From: an uncultured Oscillospiraceae bacterium
GTDB lineage: Bacteria; Bacillota; Clostridia; Christensenellales; CAG-314
Direction of reading: 5' to 3'
Assembly (NCBI GenBank): GCA_964535505.1
Contig: CAZHUH010000002.1
Location: 52,814 to 116,813 of the forward strand
Length of the DNA: 64,000 nt
Under the pieces are notes generated by a model. The model did not search any database. It was given only the letters and a program-made list of their open reading frames with translations, and was not told where the DNA came from. The position numbers and the translations under genes are program-made. Numbering within the stretch: position 1 is the first letter of the stretch; each line of letters starts with the position of its first letter. Shown in pieces: positions 17,600-28,391 of the stretch.

Positions 17600-18448
17600 T
17601 TACAAAATACTTTCGTAAATGCGTTTCATTTCCATTGCGTCATCCGCTTGTGTGCCGTCGGATTCGCAAATTATCGTTGGATGCAGATTGTGTTTTTTCA
17701 ACACTTTTGCCAAAGGCAAAAATTCCGGACCGAAAACATTGTCGGCAAACGTTAGGTGCCGCACTTCGCCGCCTGCGCTGTATTCGATCTTGGAAAAATG
17801 CACGTGCATTTTGTCGGCACGCTCTTTTCCCAAGCCGTTTTCTACTGTTAAAATTAGTTGTTCAAAATCCTCTTCCGTTTTCAAACTGCCTTGTGTACGA
17901 GCGTTGATGTGCCCGAAATCGACAGTGGGCAGAAAGAAATCGGCTATTTTGCAAAACTCCACCACTTCGGCAACGTCGCCTATTTGGTTGATTTTTCCCA
18001 TTGTTTCGGGGCAAAACCAAATGTCCGTCATGCCGCACGCCGCAATTTTTTCCGCCAAAAAAGCCAGTCGCTTTTGCGTGAGGGCAACGGCATCGGAACG
18101 AGTCATTTTCCCAACCGTTGACGGATGAAAAACCACGCGGTTGCCGCAGAATTGCCGCACTTTTTGTGCACTGCGCAAAACGTAGTCGTAAGATTTTTCC
18201 GCCATTTCGTCAGAGGGGTTTGCAAAATTTATATAGTAGGGCGCGTGAACGGTAATTTCTACGCCATACTTTTGCCCTTCTATGCCAATTTCGCGCGCTT
18301 TTTCATCGCTGATGTTTATGCCGCGGCCGAAAGAATATTCGTATACGTTCAGTCCCTGCTCGGCACACCACTTGGGTGCTTCCACAGAGGATTTGTGCCC
18401 TTCGTCGTAAAACCGTATAGAGTTCCCGCTAGGTCCGAATTTTATCAT
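17600..18448 (-). CDS. Endonuclease IV-like TIM-barrel protein (AP endonuclease family 2)
   Basis: The pattern of Nfo metal-ligand segments is present: VHAPYYINFA, VFHPS, CPETMG, TVDFGH, HVHFS, ICES. Confidence 0.7.
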   Translation of the reverse strand: MIKFGPSGNSIRFYDEGHKSSVEAPKWCAEQGLNVYEYSFGRGINISDEKAREIGIEGQKYGVEITVHAPYYINFANPSDEMAEKSYDYVLRSAQKVRQFCGNRVVFHPSTVGKMTRSDAVALTQKRLAFLAEKIAACGMTDIWFCPETMGKINQIGDVAEVVEFCKIADFFLPTVDFGHINARTQGSLKTEEDFEQLILTVENGLGKERADKMHVHFSKIEYSAGGEVRHLTFADNVFGPEFLPLAKVLKKHNLHPTIICESDGTQADDAMEMKRIYESIL

Positions 18449-19322
18449 TTGCCACCTCGCAATCGTGAACTAGTTGTTCGGCAAGTTGTCCTTCATCTGC
18501 AAATTTTTGAATAGGTCTTATGTAGTTCAGCAAGGCAATTTTTACTTTTTTGCCGTACAAGTTGCCGTTGAAATTTAACAAATGTGCTTCCACTTTTTTG
18601 GTTGAAAAGTTGAAAGTTGGCGTTGTGCCAACGTTAACAATGGCTTTGTAGAGTGTGCCATCCACCGAAACTTGTCCCACAAAAACGCCTTCGGGAAGAA
18701 GTTTTTCGGGCGAAACAGACAAATTTGCCGTTGGAAAACCCAGTGTGCCGCCAACGTGGCGACCTCGTTCCACACTGCCCTCGAAGAAAAAAGGCTGCGA
18801 CAAAAAGGTGTTTGCACGTTCCACTTGGAAATTTGAAAGCAACTGCCTGATTAGCGTGCTGCTTACCTTTTGATTGTTACATGTTACAATGTCGACAATC
18901 TCGACGGGTGCAATGCCTTCTAAATAGCTTTTGACTTTTTCGGCAGATATAAGGTCGCTTCCGCAAGTGAAATCTTCGCCGCAAACCACACCGCACAAAT
19001 CGTAGCGTGAAATTTGCTTCAAAAATTCTTCGCCGCACATTGACATAAATGCCTTGTCGAATTGGGCGCAAAGCACTGCGTCAACACCCAAATCAGCGTA
19101 GATTCCCAACCGTTCTTCAAATGTGTAAAGCAATTTTGTGGAACGATTCATCGTTTCGAAATGATTGTTGGAAAAGGTAAAAAGTACAACTTTGGCACTA
19201 CGTCCTGCCAAAGTTTGTGCTTTTTCAAGCAATTTGACGTGTCCCAAATGCATGCAATCGAAAAATCCCAAGCACAGAACCATCGGGTGAACGTATTTTT
19301 CGCCTAGTTTTACTACTTCCAC
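18429..19322 (-). CDS. ribF: Bifunctional riboflavin kinase / FMN adenylyltransferase
   Basis: The N-terminal GFFDCMHLGH nucleotidyltransferase motif and a C-terminal riboflavin kinase segment (GFPTANL...) are present. Confidence 0.93.
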   Translation of the reverse strand: MEVVKLGEKYVHPMVLCLGFFDCMHLGHVKLLEKAQTLAGRSAKVVLFTFSNNHFETMNRSTKLLYTFEERLGIYADLGVDAVLCAQFDKAFMSMCGEEFLKQISRYDLCGVVCGEDFTCGSDLISAEKVKSYLEGIAPVEIVDIVTCNNQKVSSTLIRQLLSNFQVERANTFLSQPFFFEGSVERGRHVGGTLGFPTANLSVSPEKLLPEGVFVGQVSVDGTLYKAIVNVGTTPTFNFSTKKVEAHLLNFNGNLYGKKVKIALLNYIRPIQKFADEGQLAEQLVHDCEVANDKIRT

Positions 19323-19329
19323 AATTTAC

Positions 19330-20178
19330 CTACAAATCTTTTAGATAGTATTGCAAGTTCAGCGTTCCGTCGTCGTTTTTTGCCAAACCGAAAAACTGCG
19401 ACTTACAATAAATTTTTCTGTAACCCGTTTCAAACGGACAAGCAATTTTGCGCCCGCTATTCAAGCGGTCGTACAAGTTATCGGGCAAAACGCACACTTC
19501 GACATCTTGCAGTGGATAAGTTAAGTCCAACACACATTTTTCTTTTTGTTCGCGCACTTCGTCAAGCGTAAAGGCGTTTTCGGTGTCGAAACAGCCCGAT
19601 TGCAACCTGATAAGGCAACTCATATACCCAACAGTGCCGCAAAGCTCCGCCAAATCTCGTGCAAGCGAACGAATGTAGGTGCCTGCGCTGCATTTGATAT
19701 CAAACACAAAGGTGTTTTGGCTGTGTTGACGCAAAAGGGAAAACTGAAAAACAGTTACTTTTCGCGAAGGCAATTCTACGTTATCGCCGCCGCGCGCAAG
19801 CTTGTATGCTTTTACTCCCCCCACGGAAATTGCCGAATATGATGGTGGAATTTGCGAAATTTGCCCCACCAATTTTGGCAATGCCGCGACAATTTGCGCT
19901 TCGTCGGGCACATCACCCACGCCGCAAACCGTGCCGTAACTATCCAACGTGTCGGTTGTTTTGCCAAAGGTGAAATAGGCGCGATAAAACTTGACTTTGT
20001 CTGTAAGAAAGTTGAACAATTTTGTTGCGCGCCCAAGTGCTACGGGCAAGACTCCCGCTGCGCCCGGATCCAACGTGCCCAAATGACCGGCTTTTTCGTG
20101 AAAAACATGTTTTACGCACACCACCACATCGCTGGCGGTTGCCCCAACCGGTTTGAGTACGTTTACAAATCCGTCCAT
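19330..20178 (-). CDS. truB: tRNA pseudouridine(55) synthase
   Basis: The GHLGTLDPGAAGVLPV catalytic Asp motif is present. Confidence 0.93.
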   Translation of the reverse strand: MDGFVNVLKPVGATASDVVVCVKHVFHEKAGHLGTLDPGAAGVLPVALGRATKLFNFLTDKVKFYRAYFTFGKTTDTLDSYGTVCGVGDVPDEAQIVAALPKLVGQISQIPPSYSAISVGGVKAYKLARGGDNVELPSRKVTVFQFSLLRQHSQNTFVFDIKCSAGTYIRSLARDLAELCGTVGYMSCLIRLQSGCFDTENAFTLDEVREQKEKCVLDLTYPLQDVEVCVLPDNLYDRLNSGRKIACPFETGYRKIYCKSQFFGLAKNDDGTLNLQYYLKDL

Positions 20179-20230
20179 TTTTTCACCTATATTTTAGAAA
20201 ATTAATATTTTTACAACATTGCTTGGCTCG

Positions 20231-21196
20231 TTATTCCATCACAAATGAAAATTCACGCACAATTCTCTCTATAACGTCTTCCAACATGCCGTTTATCATA
20301 CAACCTGCCGCCACAATGTGTCCGTTGCCGCCAAACTGTCGGCAGATATCGCGAACGTTAAAATCTTTGCCGCGCATGCTGACTTTGAAACTGTTGGGGG
20401 CATATTCGCACAAACTTACTCCGGCAACCGCCGTTGTTACGGCTATGGCGTTGCTTACAATGCCTTCGGAAACAGTTGCATCCACGCCAAATTCCGTCAA
20501 ATCGTCTTGCGTAATATAAATAAGCATCAATTTGCCATCGAAATAACTGCGCATACGCGACATGGCTTTGCCCCAAACTTTGGTACCCAAATAGGTGGTA
20601 TCTTTGAAAAACACCCTGTTTACTTTCATAATGTCGGCACCGAAACCGCACATGTCGGCAGCCATCAAAAAGCTGGCGGCATCTGTGTTGCTGTTGGCAA
20701 AGTTGCCCGTATCTGTGCACAATCCCATATACAAATAGGTGGCAATTTCCTTATCTATCTCTACGCCAAGGCACTTTGTTACTTCGTAGATGATTTGGCA
20801 AGTGCTGGCATAGTCTTTCAAACAGTTATACTTGGAAAAATATTCGCCGCCATGGTGATCGATGGTCATTGTTTCGTCAAACGCATCGTACACGTCGGAA
20901 AATTCGCCAAGTCGAAAAACGTCGCCGCAATCTACCGCCACCATCAATTTGTACTTGCCAAAGAAAGTTTGGTTGTACAACGCCGATTGTTCGAACTGTT
21001 TTACTCCGTCGGTCATTGGAACGTCGCAAAACAGCGTAACCCTTTTCCCGAGTTTTTTTAGCGCCAAACATAGCGCAATCGTTGCGCCCACCGTGTCGCC
21101 GTCAGGGCGAGTGTGGCTGAACAGTGCGATATCGTCTTTTTGCTGCAAAATTTGGGCAACTTCGGCTATTTCAGTTGTTTTTCTTGTTGATTTCAT
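20231..21196 (-). CDS. nrnA: DHH/DHHA1 phosphoesterase (NrnA-type oligoribonuclease / pAp phosphatase)
   Basis: DHH motifs HTRPDGDTVGA, DCGD and DHHGG, plus the DHHA1 motif GGNGH. Confidence 0.88.
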   Translation of the reverse strand: MKSTRKTTEIAEVAQILQQKDDIALFSHTRPDGDTVGATIALCLALKKLGKRVTLFCDVPMTDGVKQFEQSALYNQTFFGKYKLMVAVDCGDVFRLGEFSDVYDAFDETMTIDHHGGEYFSKYNCLKDYASTCQIIYEVTKCLGVEIDKEIATYLYMGLCTDTGNFANSNTDAASFLMAADMCGFGADIMKVNRVFFKDTTYLGTKVWGKAMSRMRSYFDGKLMLIYITQDDLTEFGVDATVSEGIVSNAIAVTTAVAGVSLCEYAPNSFKVSMRGKDFNVRDICRQFGGNGHIVAAGCMINGMLEDVIERIVREFSFVME

Positions 21197-21524
21197 TGAG
21201 TATCTCGTCTATTTTTTGTCCGTAAGACATGGTTGTATCCAATATAAAATGGAATTGAGGCACTTTGTAGATGTGCATACTGCGGGATATTTCGCGGCGA
21301 ATAAAGGGTTCGTTGTCGCAAATTGCTTGGAAAGTTTGCGCGCCTTTTTCCGCATCGGTGGAAAAAATACTTACAAAAACCTTTGCCGTTTCCAATTCTC
21401 TGTCGCAAACAACTTCCACCACAGTGAACATTTCCGTAATGCGCGGATCTTTCACTTTTTTGGTGAGCAACTCTGCAATATAGCGGCGAAATTCCGAATT
21501 AAGTTTTTCTATTCTGTTACTCAT
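21171..21524 (-). CDS. rbfA: Ribosome-binding factor A
   Basis: 117 aa with ...[16 protein letters not shown].... It follows infB. Confidence 0.92.
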   Translation of the reverse strand: MSNRIEKLNSEFRRYIAELLTKKVKDPRITEMFTVVEVVCDRELETAKVFVSIFSTDAEKGAQTFQAICDNEPFIRREISRSMHIYKVPQFHFILDTTMSYGQKIDEILNEINKKNN

Positions 21525-24292
21525 TGCGCAATCTCTTCAATTTGATAAATTTCAAAGACATCTCCAACTTTGATGTCGTTGTAGTTTTCCACCGAAATGC
21601 CGCATTCGTAGCCGGCAGCCACTTCTTTTACGTCGTCTTTGAAGCGTTTCAACGCCAAAATGTTGCCATTGTAGATGGAAATGTTGTTGCGATAAACTCG
21701 AACTTTGCCGTTTCGAACCGCTTTGCCGTTGGTAACATATCCACCCGCAACGGTGCCGACACCGGTGATTTTGAATATTTCGCGAACTTCCACCGAGCCC
21801 ACAACCGTTTCTTGAAACTTGGGCGCCAACATACCTTTCATTGCCGAAGTTACATCGTCTACGGCGTCGTAAATTACGCTGTAAAGGCGAATATCCACGC
21901 CTTCCGTTTCGGCAACGGCTTTGGCGTTAGTGTCGGCGCGCACGTTAAAGCCAATGATGATGGCGTCGGAAGCTTTTGCAAGCATAACGTCCGTTTCGTT
22001 GATGCCGCCCACGCCGCCGTGAATGGCTCTTACCTTCACTTCGTCGTTGGAAATCTTTTCCAAACTGGATTTCAGCGCTTCCAAACTGCCTTGAACGTCC
22101 GTTTTGATGATGAGATTCAACGTTTTCAGTTGACCTTCGGAAATACGTCCGAACAAGTCGTTCAAATTCATTGCCGAAGTTTGACGCGCGTTTTCCAATT
22201 TTATCTTATTCTTGCGTTCTTCTGCCGCTTTCTTAACAAGTTTTTCGTCGGCAACGTACATATAGTCGCCTGCTTGCGGCACTTCGGAAAATCCCAAAAC
22301 TTCCACGGGCATGGACGGACCTGCGCTTTTAACGTTGCGGCCCTTGTCATCGAAAATTGCACGAATTTTGCCTGTGGCTGCACCTGCAATGAGGCTGTCG
22401 CCTACGTTCAACGTGCCGTTTGCCACCAAAACTGTTGCAACGGGGCCTCTGCCCTTATCCAACTTGGCTTCCAAAATTGTGCCGGTGGCACGCTTTTGGG
22501 GGTTGGCTTTTAGGTCTTGCATCTCCGTAACAAGCAACACGCTTTCCAAAAGTTTGTCTAGCCCCATGCCTGTTTTTGCCGAAACCGGCACCATAATGAT
22601 GTCGCCGCCCCATTCTTCCGCCAAAAGGTCGTATTCGGTGAGTTGTTGTTTCACTCTGTCGGGGTCTACGTTGGCTTTATCCATTTTGTTGATGGCAACA
22701 ATTATGGAAACGCCCGCCGCTTTGGCGTGGTTGATTGCCTCGATGGTTTGAGGCATCACGCCGTCGTCCGCCGCAACGACTATTATTGCGACGTCGGTTA
22801 TTTTTGCACCTCTCGCGCGCATTGCAGTGAAAGCCGCGTGTCCCGGCGTATCTATAAAGGTTATTTGTTCACCGTTTGCCGTAACGGTGTAGGCACCGAT
22901 GTGTTGAGTTATGCCGCCGGCTTCGCCGCTTGTTACATTGGTGTGGCGAATGGCATCCAACAATGAGGTTTTGCCGTGGTCGACGTGCCCCATAACGGTA
23001 ACGATCGGAGGACGTTTTGTGTCATTTTCCAAACCGTCGTCGTTGATATCGGTGATGATTTCTTCGGCGGTTTTGTCCATTTTAAGTTCCAACGTTACTT
23101 CGTGCAAACTTGCAATATACGCCGCGTAGTCAAAATCAACCGAGTCGTTGATGGTTTTCATGATGCCTTCTTTGAAAAGTTGTGAAATAATTTCAGAAAC
23201 GGGCACGCCGATTTTTTCGCTGAGCACTTTGATGGGCACTTCTTGCGTGCTGACCACCGCATTGGTGATTTTTTGCACTGTAACCGTGCGTGCCGATTCG
23301 CTCTTTTTGGTGCGAGCGCGACGCACGATTCTGTCTTCGTCGTAGTCGGCGGAATAGTCGCGCGTAATAAGCGATTTTTTGCTTGCCGCACGCTTTTCAT
23401 CGGGATGCTCTTTGGTTTTGTTCTTATTGCCGTAGTTCTTTTGCGGTTCTTGACGAGGCACTTCAACAGGAGCAAAACCCGCACCGCGTTTTTGTTGCGT
23501 TTTTTGTCCGCTTTGTTGCGTCGGGCGAGAGTTGTTGTCGCCGTCCTTTTTGGAAAATGCACCTTGACGAGAACGTTTGTCGCCCGTTTGTTGATTTTTG
23601 CCGCCGTTGCGACCTTGTTGCGGACGAGCCGAATCGATTTTGGGCGTGGAGGCGGGACGCTGTTTCGCAGACGTATCCAAAAACTTTCTTATGCGAACGT
23701 TGCCCTTTTCATCGGTGTAGGTTTTTACCTCACGGCCGTTTTCTATTTTAGTAACAACCTGCGGTACGACAGGCTTTTCGGTAACAACCGTTTGTTGTTG
23801 TTCGGCTTTAGGCTTTTCCGTCTTGTTTTTCCCCGCATTTGGCTGTTCCGCTTTGGTCTGCTCCGCCGCTTGCGGTTTTTTTGTCTTTTGCGATTGCGCT
23901 TTTTGAGGCTCTTTCTTGGGCTTTTGCGCTTCAACTTCCGCTTGAGGAAGCAAAGTTTCTGCTTTTTCGGCAGGTTTTTCCTGTTTGGGTTCTTGAACTT
24001 CTTCCTTTGCGGGTTTTTCGTCAGTTTCGACAACTACTGGTTGTTGCTGTTGTTGTTCAACCGCTTGTTGCTGAGGCGCTGCTTCTTGAACTTGTTCCTC
24101 CGCCTTTTGCTCGGCAGACAAAACCGCCTCGAATTCCGTTTCGCGAAGACGGATAGCAGCCATCAACGCGCCTGCCTTTTGCCTAACTGCCGAAGCCTTT
24201 TGCTGCAATTCGCGCGCCGCGTTTATAACATTGATTTTGATGTTTTTTACGTTTTCAAAACCCTTGCCTGTGTTATTTGTTGTGTTTGCCAT
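21521..24292 (-). CDS. infB: Translation initiation factor IF-2
   Basis: 923 aa with a low-complexity Q/K/E/P-rich N-terminus and the GTPase motifs [17 protein letters not shown] and NKMD. Confidence 0.98.
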   Translation of the reverse strand: MANTTNNTGKGFENVKNIKINVINAARELQQKASAVRQKAGALMAAIRLRETEFEAVLSAEQKAEEQVQEAAPQQQAVEQQQQQPVVVETDEKPAKEEVQEPKQEKPAEKAETLLPQAEVEAQKPKKEPQKAQSQKTKKPQAAEQTKAEQPNAGKNKTEKPKAEQQQTVVTEKPVVPQVVTKIENGREVKTYTDEKGNVRIRKFLDTSAKQRPASTPKIDSARPQQGRNGGKNQQTGDKRSRQGAFSKKDGDNNSRPTQQSGQKTQQKRGAGFAPVEVPRQEPQKNYGNKNKTKEHPDEKRAASKKSLITRDYSADYDEDRIVRRARTKKSESARTVTVQKITNAVVSTQEVPIKVLSEKIGVPVSEIISQLFKEGIMKTINDSVDFDYAAYIASLHEVTLELKMDKTAEEIITDINDDGLENDTKRPPIVTVMGHVDHGKTSLLDAIRHTNVTSGEAGGITQHIGAYTVTANGEQITFIDTPGHAAFTAMRARGAKITDVAIIVVAADDGVMPQTIEAINHAKAAGVSIIVAINKMDKANVDPDRVKQQLTEYDLLAEEWGGDIIMVPVSAKTGMGLDKLLESVLLVTEMQDLKANPQKRATGTILEAKLDKGRGPVATVLVANGTLNVGDSLIAGAATGKIRAIFDDKGRNVKSAGPSMPVEVLGFSEVPQAGDYMYVADEKLVKKAAEERKNKIKLENARQTSAMNLNDLFGRISEGQLKTLNLIIKTDVQGSLEALKSSLEKISNDEVKVRAIHGGVGGINETDVMLAKASDAIIIGFNVRADTNAKAVAETEGVDIRLYSVIYDAVDDVTSAMKGMLAPKFQETVVGSVEVREIFKITGVGTVAGGYVTNGKAVRNGKVRVYRNNISIYNGNILALKRFKDDVKEVAAGYECGISVENYNDIKVGDVFEIYQIEEIAQ

Positions 24293-24596
24293 TCGTCTCC
24301 TCCAACTTCACTTCTTGATTTGCAACTTGTTGTATTGCGTTAGCCAGCGATTTGTCGCAAATTGCCAACGCTTTGCAATTTTTCTGTTTCAAATTGTTGT
24401 AATCCTCTGTAACCACCACTTCGCAATGGAAATTTTCCGAAGCTTTCAGCAAAAAATCCAAAGAATTTTGCGAAAGCGTTTTGGTTGCCAAAAGCAGATA
24501 TACTTTTTTGCGGCATTTTTTTATGCTGTCGCACCCTAAAACCGCCGAACCTTTTTTTATTGCGAAGCCGATGTAGGTTTCTATTTTACTGTTCAA
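24273..24596 (-). CDS. ylxQ: L7Ae-family RNA-binding protein (YlxQ-like)
   Basis: 107 aa, lying between ylxR and infB as in Bacillus. It has the L7Ae-like segment [12 protein letters not shown]. Confidence 0.75.
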   Translation of the reverse strand: MNSKIETYIGFAIKKGSAVLGCDSIKKCRKKVYLLLATKTLSQNSLDFLLKASENFHCEVVVTEDYNNLKQKNCKALAICDKSLANAIQQVANQEVKLEETNGKHNK

Positions 24597-24846
24597 TAGT
24601 TTTCTCCAACTGTGAATAAAGTTCGTCCGTAAGGGAAAAACCGTAGTTCTTTTCCAAATTTTTTAATTTGCGCAATTTTTGCAAGCAAGCACTGCACTTG
24701 CACACGTAAACGCCGCGGCCGTTAACTTTGCCGGTTAAATCCAATTCCGCACCGTTTTGCGTCAAAACCAAACGCAAAAGTGTTTTTTTGGGCTTCATTT
24801 GTCTACATGCAATGCACATTCTTTCGGGGATTTTTTTCTCTTTCAC
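24586..24846 (-). CDS. ylxR: YlxR/RnpM family protein (DUF448)
   Basis: RMCIACRQMKPKKTLLRLV...GRGVYVC signature. It is directly downstream of nusA. Confidence 0.9.
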   Translation of the reverse strand: MKEKKIPERMCIACRQMKPKKTLLRLVLTQNGAELDLTGKVNGRGVYVCKCSACLQKLRKLKNLEKNYGFSLTDELYSQLEKTIEQ

Positions 24847-24848
24847 TG

Positions 24849-25934
24849 TTACTCCTCGTCAGGTTTGATACCATCCAAAATGCCGCTGGCCATTGCCAAG
24901 TTATAGGGCTTGACATCAATTTTCCAACCTGTAAGCCTTGCGGCAAGGCGTGCGTTTTGCCCTTCTTTGCCTATTGCCAACGAAAGTTTTTCGTCGGGAA
25001 CGATAACCGTTGCTTCCTTGGTGTCTTCGTCCGCCTTTACGTACAACGCTCTCGCGGGAGAAAGCGCATTGCGAATGAAATCCAAAACATCGCTGCTCCA
25101 CGGAATGATATCGATTTTTTCGCCGCCGATTTCGGAAATGATGGCGTTAACTCTGGCACCCTTGTTGCCTACGCAAGCGCCGACTGCGTCAATTTCGGGA
25201 TCGGTGGAATAAACCGCCATTTTGGTGCGGAAGCCCGCTTCACGCACAATGCTTTTGATTTGCACGATTTCCGCACGAATTTCGGGAACTTCCGTTTCGA
25301 AAAGACGCTTGATAAACATATAACTTGCGCGCGAAAGCATAACTTGCGTGCCGCCGACGCCGTCTCTTACGCGTTTTATCAACACTTTGATTCTGTCGCC
25401 CGGATGGAATTTTTCACCGGGGATTTGTTCTTGCACGGAAAGCACGCCTTCCAATTGGTTTTTGCCTATTTCCACAAAAATTGTGCCGTCGTCCTTTATT
25501 CGAGTAACAACGCCGATAATAAGTTCGCTTTCTTTTTCTATAAATTGGCTATAGGTGTTGTCCTTTTCCGCTTGGCGCAAACTGTTCATGATAACTTGAC
25601 GCGCGTTTTGCGCGGCAATTCTGCCGAAAGTGCGCGGATCAATTTCCGTAAGCACTTCGTCGCCGAGTTTGTAACTCTTTTTGATTTCGCGAGCGGCTTC
25701 CAAAGAAATTTCCTTTTCGGGCGTTTCCACTTCTTCCACTACGATTTTGCAAATATATATACGAATTGACGCTCTTTCGGGGTTAATTTTTACCACCACG
25801 TTGGACGCTTCGCCGTAGTTTTTCTTGCAGGCGATGGTAAGAGCCGTTTCCAACGATTCTATAACCTTCTCTTTGGATATCCCCTTGGTTTTTTCCAATT
25901 CGTCAAGAGCCACAAAAAACTCTTTGCTTGTCAT
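24849..25934 (-). CDS. nusA: Transcription termination/antitermination factor NusA
   Basis: 361 aa with an N-terminal domain, S1 and two KH segments (...AVGACVGNKGARV..., ...LAIGKEGQNARLA...). Confidence 0.97.
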   Translation of the reverse strand: MTSKEFFVALDELEKTKGISKEKVIESLETALTIACKKNYGEASNVVVKINPERASIRIYICKIVVEEVETPEKEISLEAAREIKKSYKLGDEVLTEIDPRTFGRIAAQNARQVIMNSLRQAEKDNTYSQFIEKESELIIGVVTRIKDDGTIFVEIGKNQLEGVLSVQEQIPGEKFHPGDRIKVLIKRVRDGVGGTQVMLSRASYMFIKRLFETEVPEIRAEIVQIKSIVREAGFRTKMAVYSTDPEIDAVGACVGNKGARVNAIISEIGGEKIDIIPWSSDVLDFIRNALSPARALYVKADEDTKEATVIVPDEKLSLAIGKEGQNARLAARLTGWKIDVKPYNLAMASGILDGIKPDEE

Positions 25935-25946
25935 GTCTGTTTCCTC

Positions 25947-26402
25947 CTAAAATTCTATTATCGGCAAAACCAAAGCCGTTTCTTTTTTTACAAAAGTAAG
26001 TTGTTGTTTGCCTGTGTTAAGCACAAAACTGTTTTCATCGTAACTTTCCAACACACCTTGAAAAGTTTTTTTGCCGTCCATAGGCTTATAAAGTTTTACG
26101 GAAATTTTTTTGCCCAAATTGCGCTTGTAATCCCAATCCAACTTCAAAGGTCTATCCAACCCGGGCGAAGAGACATTCAAAGTGTAGGAATTTTCGATTG
26201 GATCCAACTCGTCCAACGGGTCGCTGATGGCGTTGTGCATTTTTTCGCAATCGTCGATGGTTACACCGCCTTCCTTATCGATAACGACGGTTAAGTTCAT
26301 TCCGTCAAAACGCTTTTCGTAGGTTACTTCCAAAACGTGCAAGCCCAAGCTTTCCGCAATGGGGCTTACTAACCGCATAACATTATCGGCAACTTTTCCC
26401 AT
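25947..26402 (-). CDS. rimP: Ribosome maturation factor RimP
   Basis: 151 aa with ...VSSPGLDRPLK... It lies upstream of nusA. Confidence 0.93.
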   Translation of the reverse strand: MGKVADNVMRLVSPIAESLGLHVLEVTYEKRFDGMNLTVVIDKEGGVTIDDCEKMHNAISDPLDELDPIENSYTLNVSSPGLDRPLKLDWDYKRNLGKKISVKLYKPMDGKKTFQGVLESYDENSFVLNTGKQQLTFVKKETALVLPIIEF

Positions 26403-26503
26403 AACATTTCTCCTATATTGTTTTTGCGCAAATGAAAAAACTTGCCGCTTTTTGGCACATTTGCCGCCGTACTTTGCCCTTAATTTGACGGATACGGATT
26501 TTC

Positions 26504-26536
26504 AAACAAAAAGAGCGAGGGAAAACCCTCACTCTC
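26504..26536 (-). terminator. Attenuator-type intrinsic terminator inside the rimP-nusA leader
   Basis: On the minus strand: AGAGTGAGGG-TTTT-CCCTCGCTCT followed by TTTTTGTTT. It lies about 100 nt upstream of the rimP ATG and about 95 nt downstream of the promoter. Confidence 0.55.
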
Positions 26537-26630
26537 ACCGTAGTATAAGATTCAACTAGGCGAAAGAAATGCGGCAAGTATCCCATATTTTAAGTTAATG
26601 GCATACCGTATCTCATTTCCGTGTGTAATA

Positions 26631-26659
26631 AGTATACCACACAAAAATGTCTTTGACAA
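26631..26659 (-). promoter_or_regulatory. Sigma-A promoter of the rimP-nusA-infB operon
   Basis: On the minus strand: TTGTCA (26659-26654), 17-nt spacer ending in TGG, then TATACT (26636-26631). Confidence 0.55.
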
Positions 26660-26701
26660 CTGTTTATTAAAAATAATATACTTATTCTGCAATATTTTGT
26701 G

Positions 26702-26734
26702 CAAAAAAACAGCCGAAAAGGGCGATTTCGCTGC
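26702..26734 (-). terminator. Intrinsic terminator after the PolC-N-like gene
   Basis: On the minus strand: CAGCGAAAT...TTTTCGGCTG hairpin followed by T7. Confidence 0.6.
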
Positions 26735-26747
26735 AAAAAAGCCGATT

Positions 26748-28391
26748 TTACTTGGCGTTGCTTGCCAAAAACGACATGCACTTTGCAACTGTCATTGCCT
26801 TATCCTCGCAGTTGGCGGTTGGGCGGCTATCGATTTTAAGCGATTTTGCCACCTCTTCAAGTTGCGAATAGGCGGGGCGAACGTCGACGGTGCTGTTTTC
26901 AAACAAGCGTTGAAAAGCGTCCGCAGTGGACACAATTTTGTTGGAAAAGTTGTAGCCCAAAGGTGCGGCATAGTAGTTGAGCAACTCCGTAAGTTCAAAA
27001 AGATTATCGCCAACCAAAATACTTTGGAAAGTAAATTTGAACAAATCTCCGATAATTTCCGTAAGGGTGGGGCTTAGCGAAAGTTGCTTTACAGAGATGT
27101 TGGTTTCTTTCAACTGCTGTTCGGGCAAATCCATTTCCGGCAGAACGCATGTGAAAAATTTCTCTTTCATGTGTCCGTTTAGCAAGCGCACACCGCACAA
27201 GGCGAAAATTTTGTCCTTGGTGATGTTGTATCCTGTAACGTTGGCAAAAAGCACCACGCAGTCTTTGCCTTGCAATACCGACGGGCGTTCTTCAAGTTGC
27301 ATCAACGATAGTTGGCGATATTCTTCCGCCGATTGCGGGCGCACCAAAACGTAACTTTCGGGCACACCGCGTTTGAATTTGGGCTGCAAATTTATCGGCT
27401 CGATACGGCACTTGCAAATATCGTACATTTGCAGTTCCAACCGTTGCGAAAACTGGCTATAAACCACCTTGCCGCGCACAACAATTTCCAAGCCGTCGGT
27501 AAGAAATGCGAGTTTTTTCATGAGCTTATCGTTGGAAAGGCGCTGTTTTTCGCTTATTGTGTGCACTTCCGAATCGGGTTTGCCGGTGGTTTGCTTGATG
27601 GTTTCCACGTCCTCTATTTTGAAGCGCACAAACATCAAACATGGCATTGTTGCGCCGGAGCCGTCGGTTAGGTTGAATTTGCAAAGTTTCAAAATAGAGT
27701 TATTCTTCACGGCGCGCAATTCCTTTTCGGAAATTTTGCCGCAAATTACGCAACTGTCCATTGGGGTGCGAATGTCGGAAATGTACATTGGTTTTGACAC
27801 TATTTCCTTGCCTATATACTTCACCACATCCGTTACGTTAAAATACCGTTGGGGTTTTAGCATTTCTTTGTTGATGGCAAGGTGCACCAAACGTTCCTGG
27901 TTTTCGATATCCGCATTGCCCAACGTTGCAGATTTGTCTTCCACAAGAAAAAATTGCACATTGTAGCAACTGTATGCAGCAAAAAAGGCGGAAAGTTGCG
28001 AAGTAAATTCGGCAATTTCCATGTTGCGCTTTGTAAATTTGTTGACGTTGAAGGTTGCCGTTGCGTTGAAATCTTGCACCTTTGCGGAAATTTTGTCTTG
28101 CTTGATATCGGCAAACAGCGGGAAACGCTTTTTGACGTAGTCGACAACCAACGCAACAAAACTGCGTTCGTTGAACTTGTCGTTGGCAAACTGTACTTCG
28201 CAACGATAGCCTTTTGGCATGTTTTCCGAGACAACGGCACGCATTTCGCCCCGAACGCCGCCATCCAAAGTGGAAACATCGGGGTAAGAAATAACACAGT
28301 AGACGCGTTTTAGCACCTTGTCTACTCGTATGTCCCTCACGCGCAAGTTTGGCATTTGAGGGAATTTTTGTTTTAATGCGTCAACTAACAT
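26748..28391 (-). CDS. PolC N-terminal-region-like protein: N-domain, OB fold and a degenerate DnaQ-like exonuclease domain; no PHP or polymerase core
   Basis: 547 aa from the ATG at 28391 (AAGGAAG SD), or 558 aa from the TTG at 28424. It occupies the polC slot between ispG and rimP. The OB-like segment is CVICGKISEKELRAVKNNSILKLCKFNLTDGSG...VVRGKVVYSQFSQRLELQMYDI. The C-terminal 190 aa are colinear with the PolC exonuclease domain, but Exo I, II and III acidic/His residues are replaced. Confidence 0.6.
   Translation of the reverse strand: MLVDALKQKFPQMPNLRVRDIRVDKVLKRVYCVISYPDVSTLDGGVRGEMRAVVSENMPKGYRCEVQFANDKFNERSFVALVVDYVKKRFPLFADIKQDKISAKVQDFNATATFNVNKFTKRNMEIAEFTSQLSAFFAAYSCYNVQFFLVEDKSATLGNADIENQERLVHLAINKEMLKPQRYFNVTDVVKYIGKEIVSKPMYISDIRTPMDSCVICGKISEKELRAVKNNSILKLCKFNLTDGSGATMPCLMFVRFKIEDVETIKQTTGKPDSEVHTISEKQRLSNDKLMKKLAFLTDGLEIVVRGKVVYSQFSQRLELQMYDICKCRIEPINLQPKFKRGVPESYVLVRPQSAEEYRQLSLMQLEERPSVLQGKDCVVLFANVTGYNITKDKIFALCGVRLLNGHMKEKFFTCVLPEMDLPEQQLKETNISVKQLSLSPTLTEIIGDLFKFTFQSILVGDNLFELTELLNYYAAPLGYNFSNKIVSTADAFQRLFENSTVDVRPAYSQLEEVAKSLKIDSRPTANCEDKAMTVAKCMSFLASNAK

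Noticed and set aside
23243-24343. 366-aa ORF antisense to the infB N-terminal region
   Set aside because: It is a mirror of the low-complexity Q/K/E/P-coding repeat of IF-2. It reads as L/F/R-rich nonsense and has no SD.
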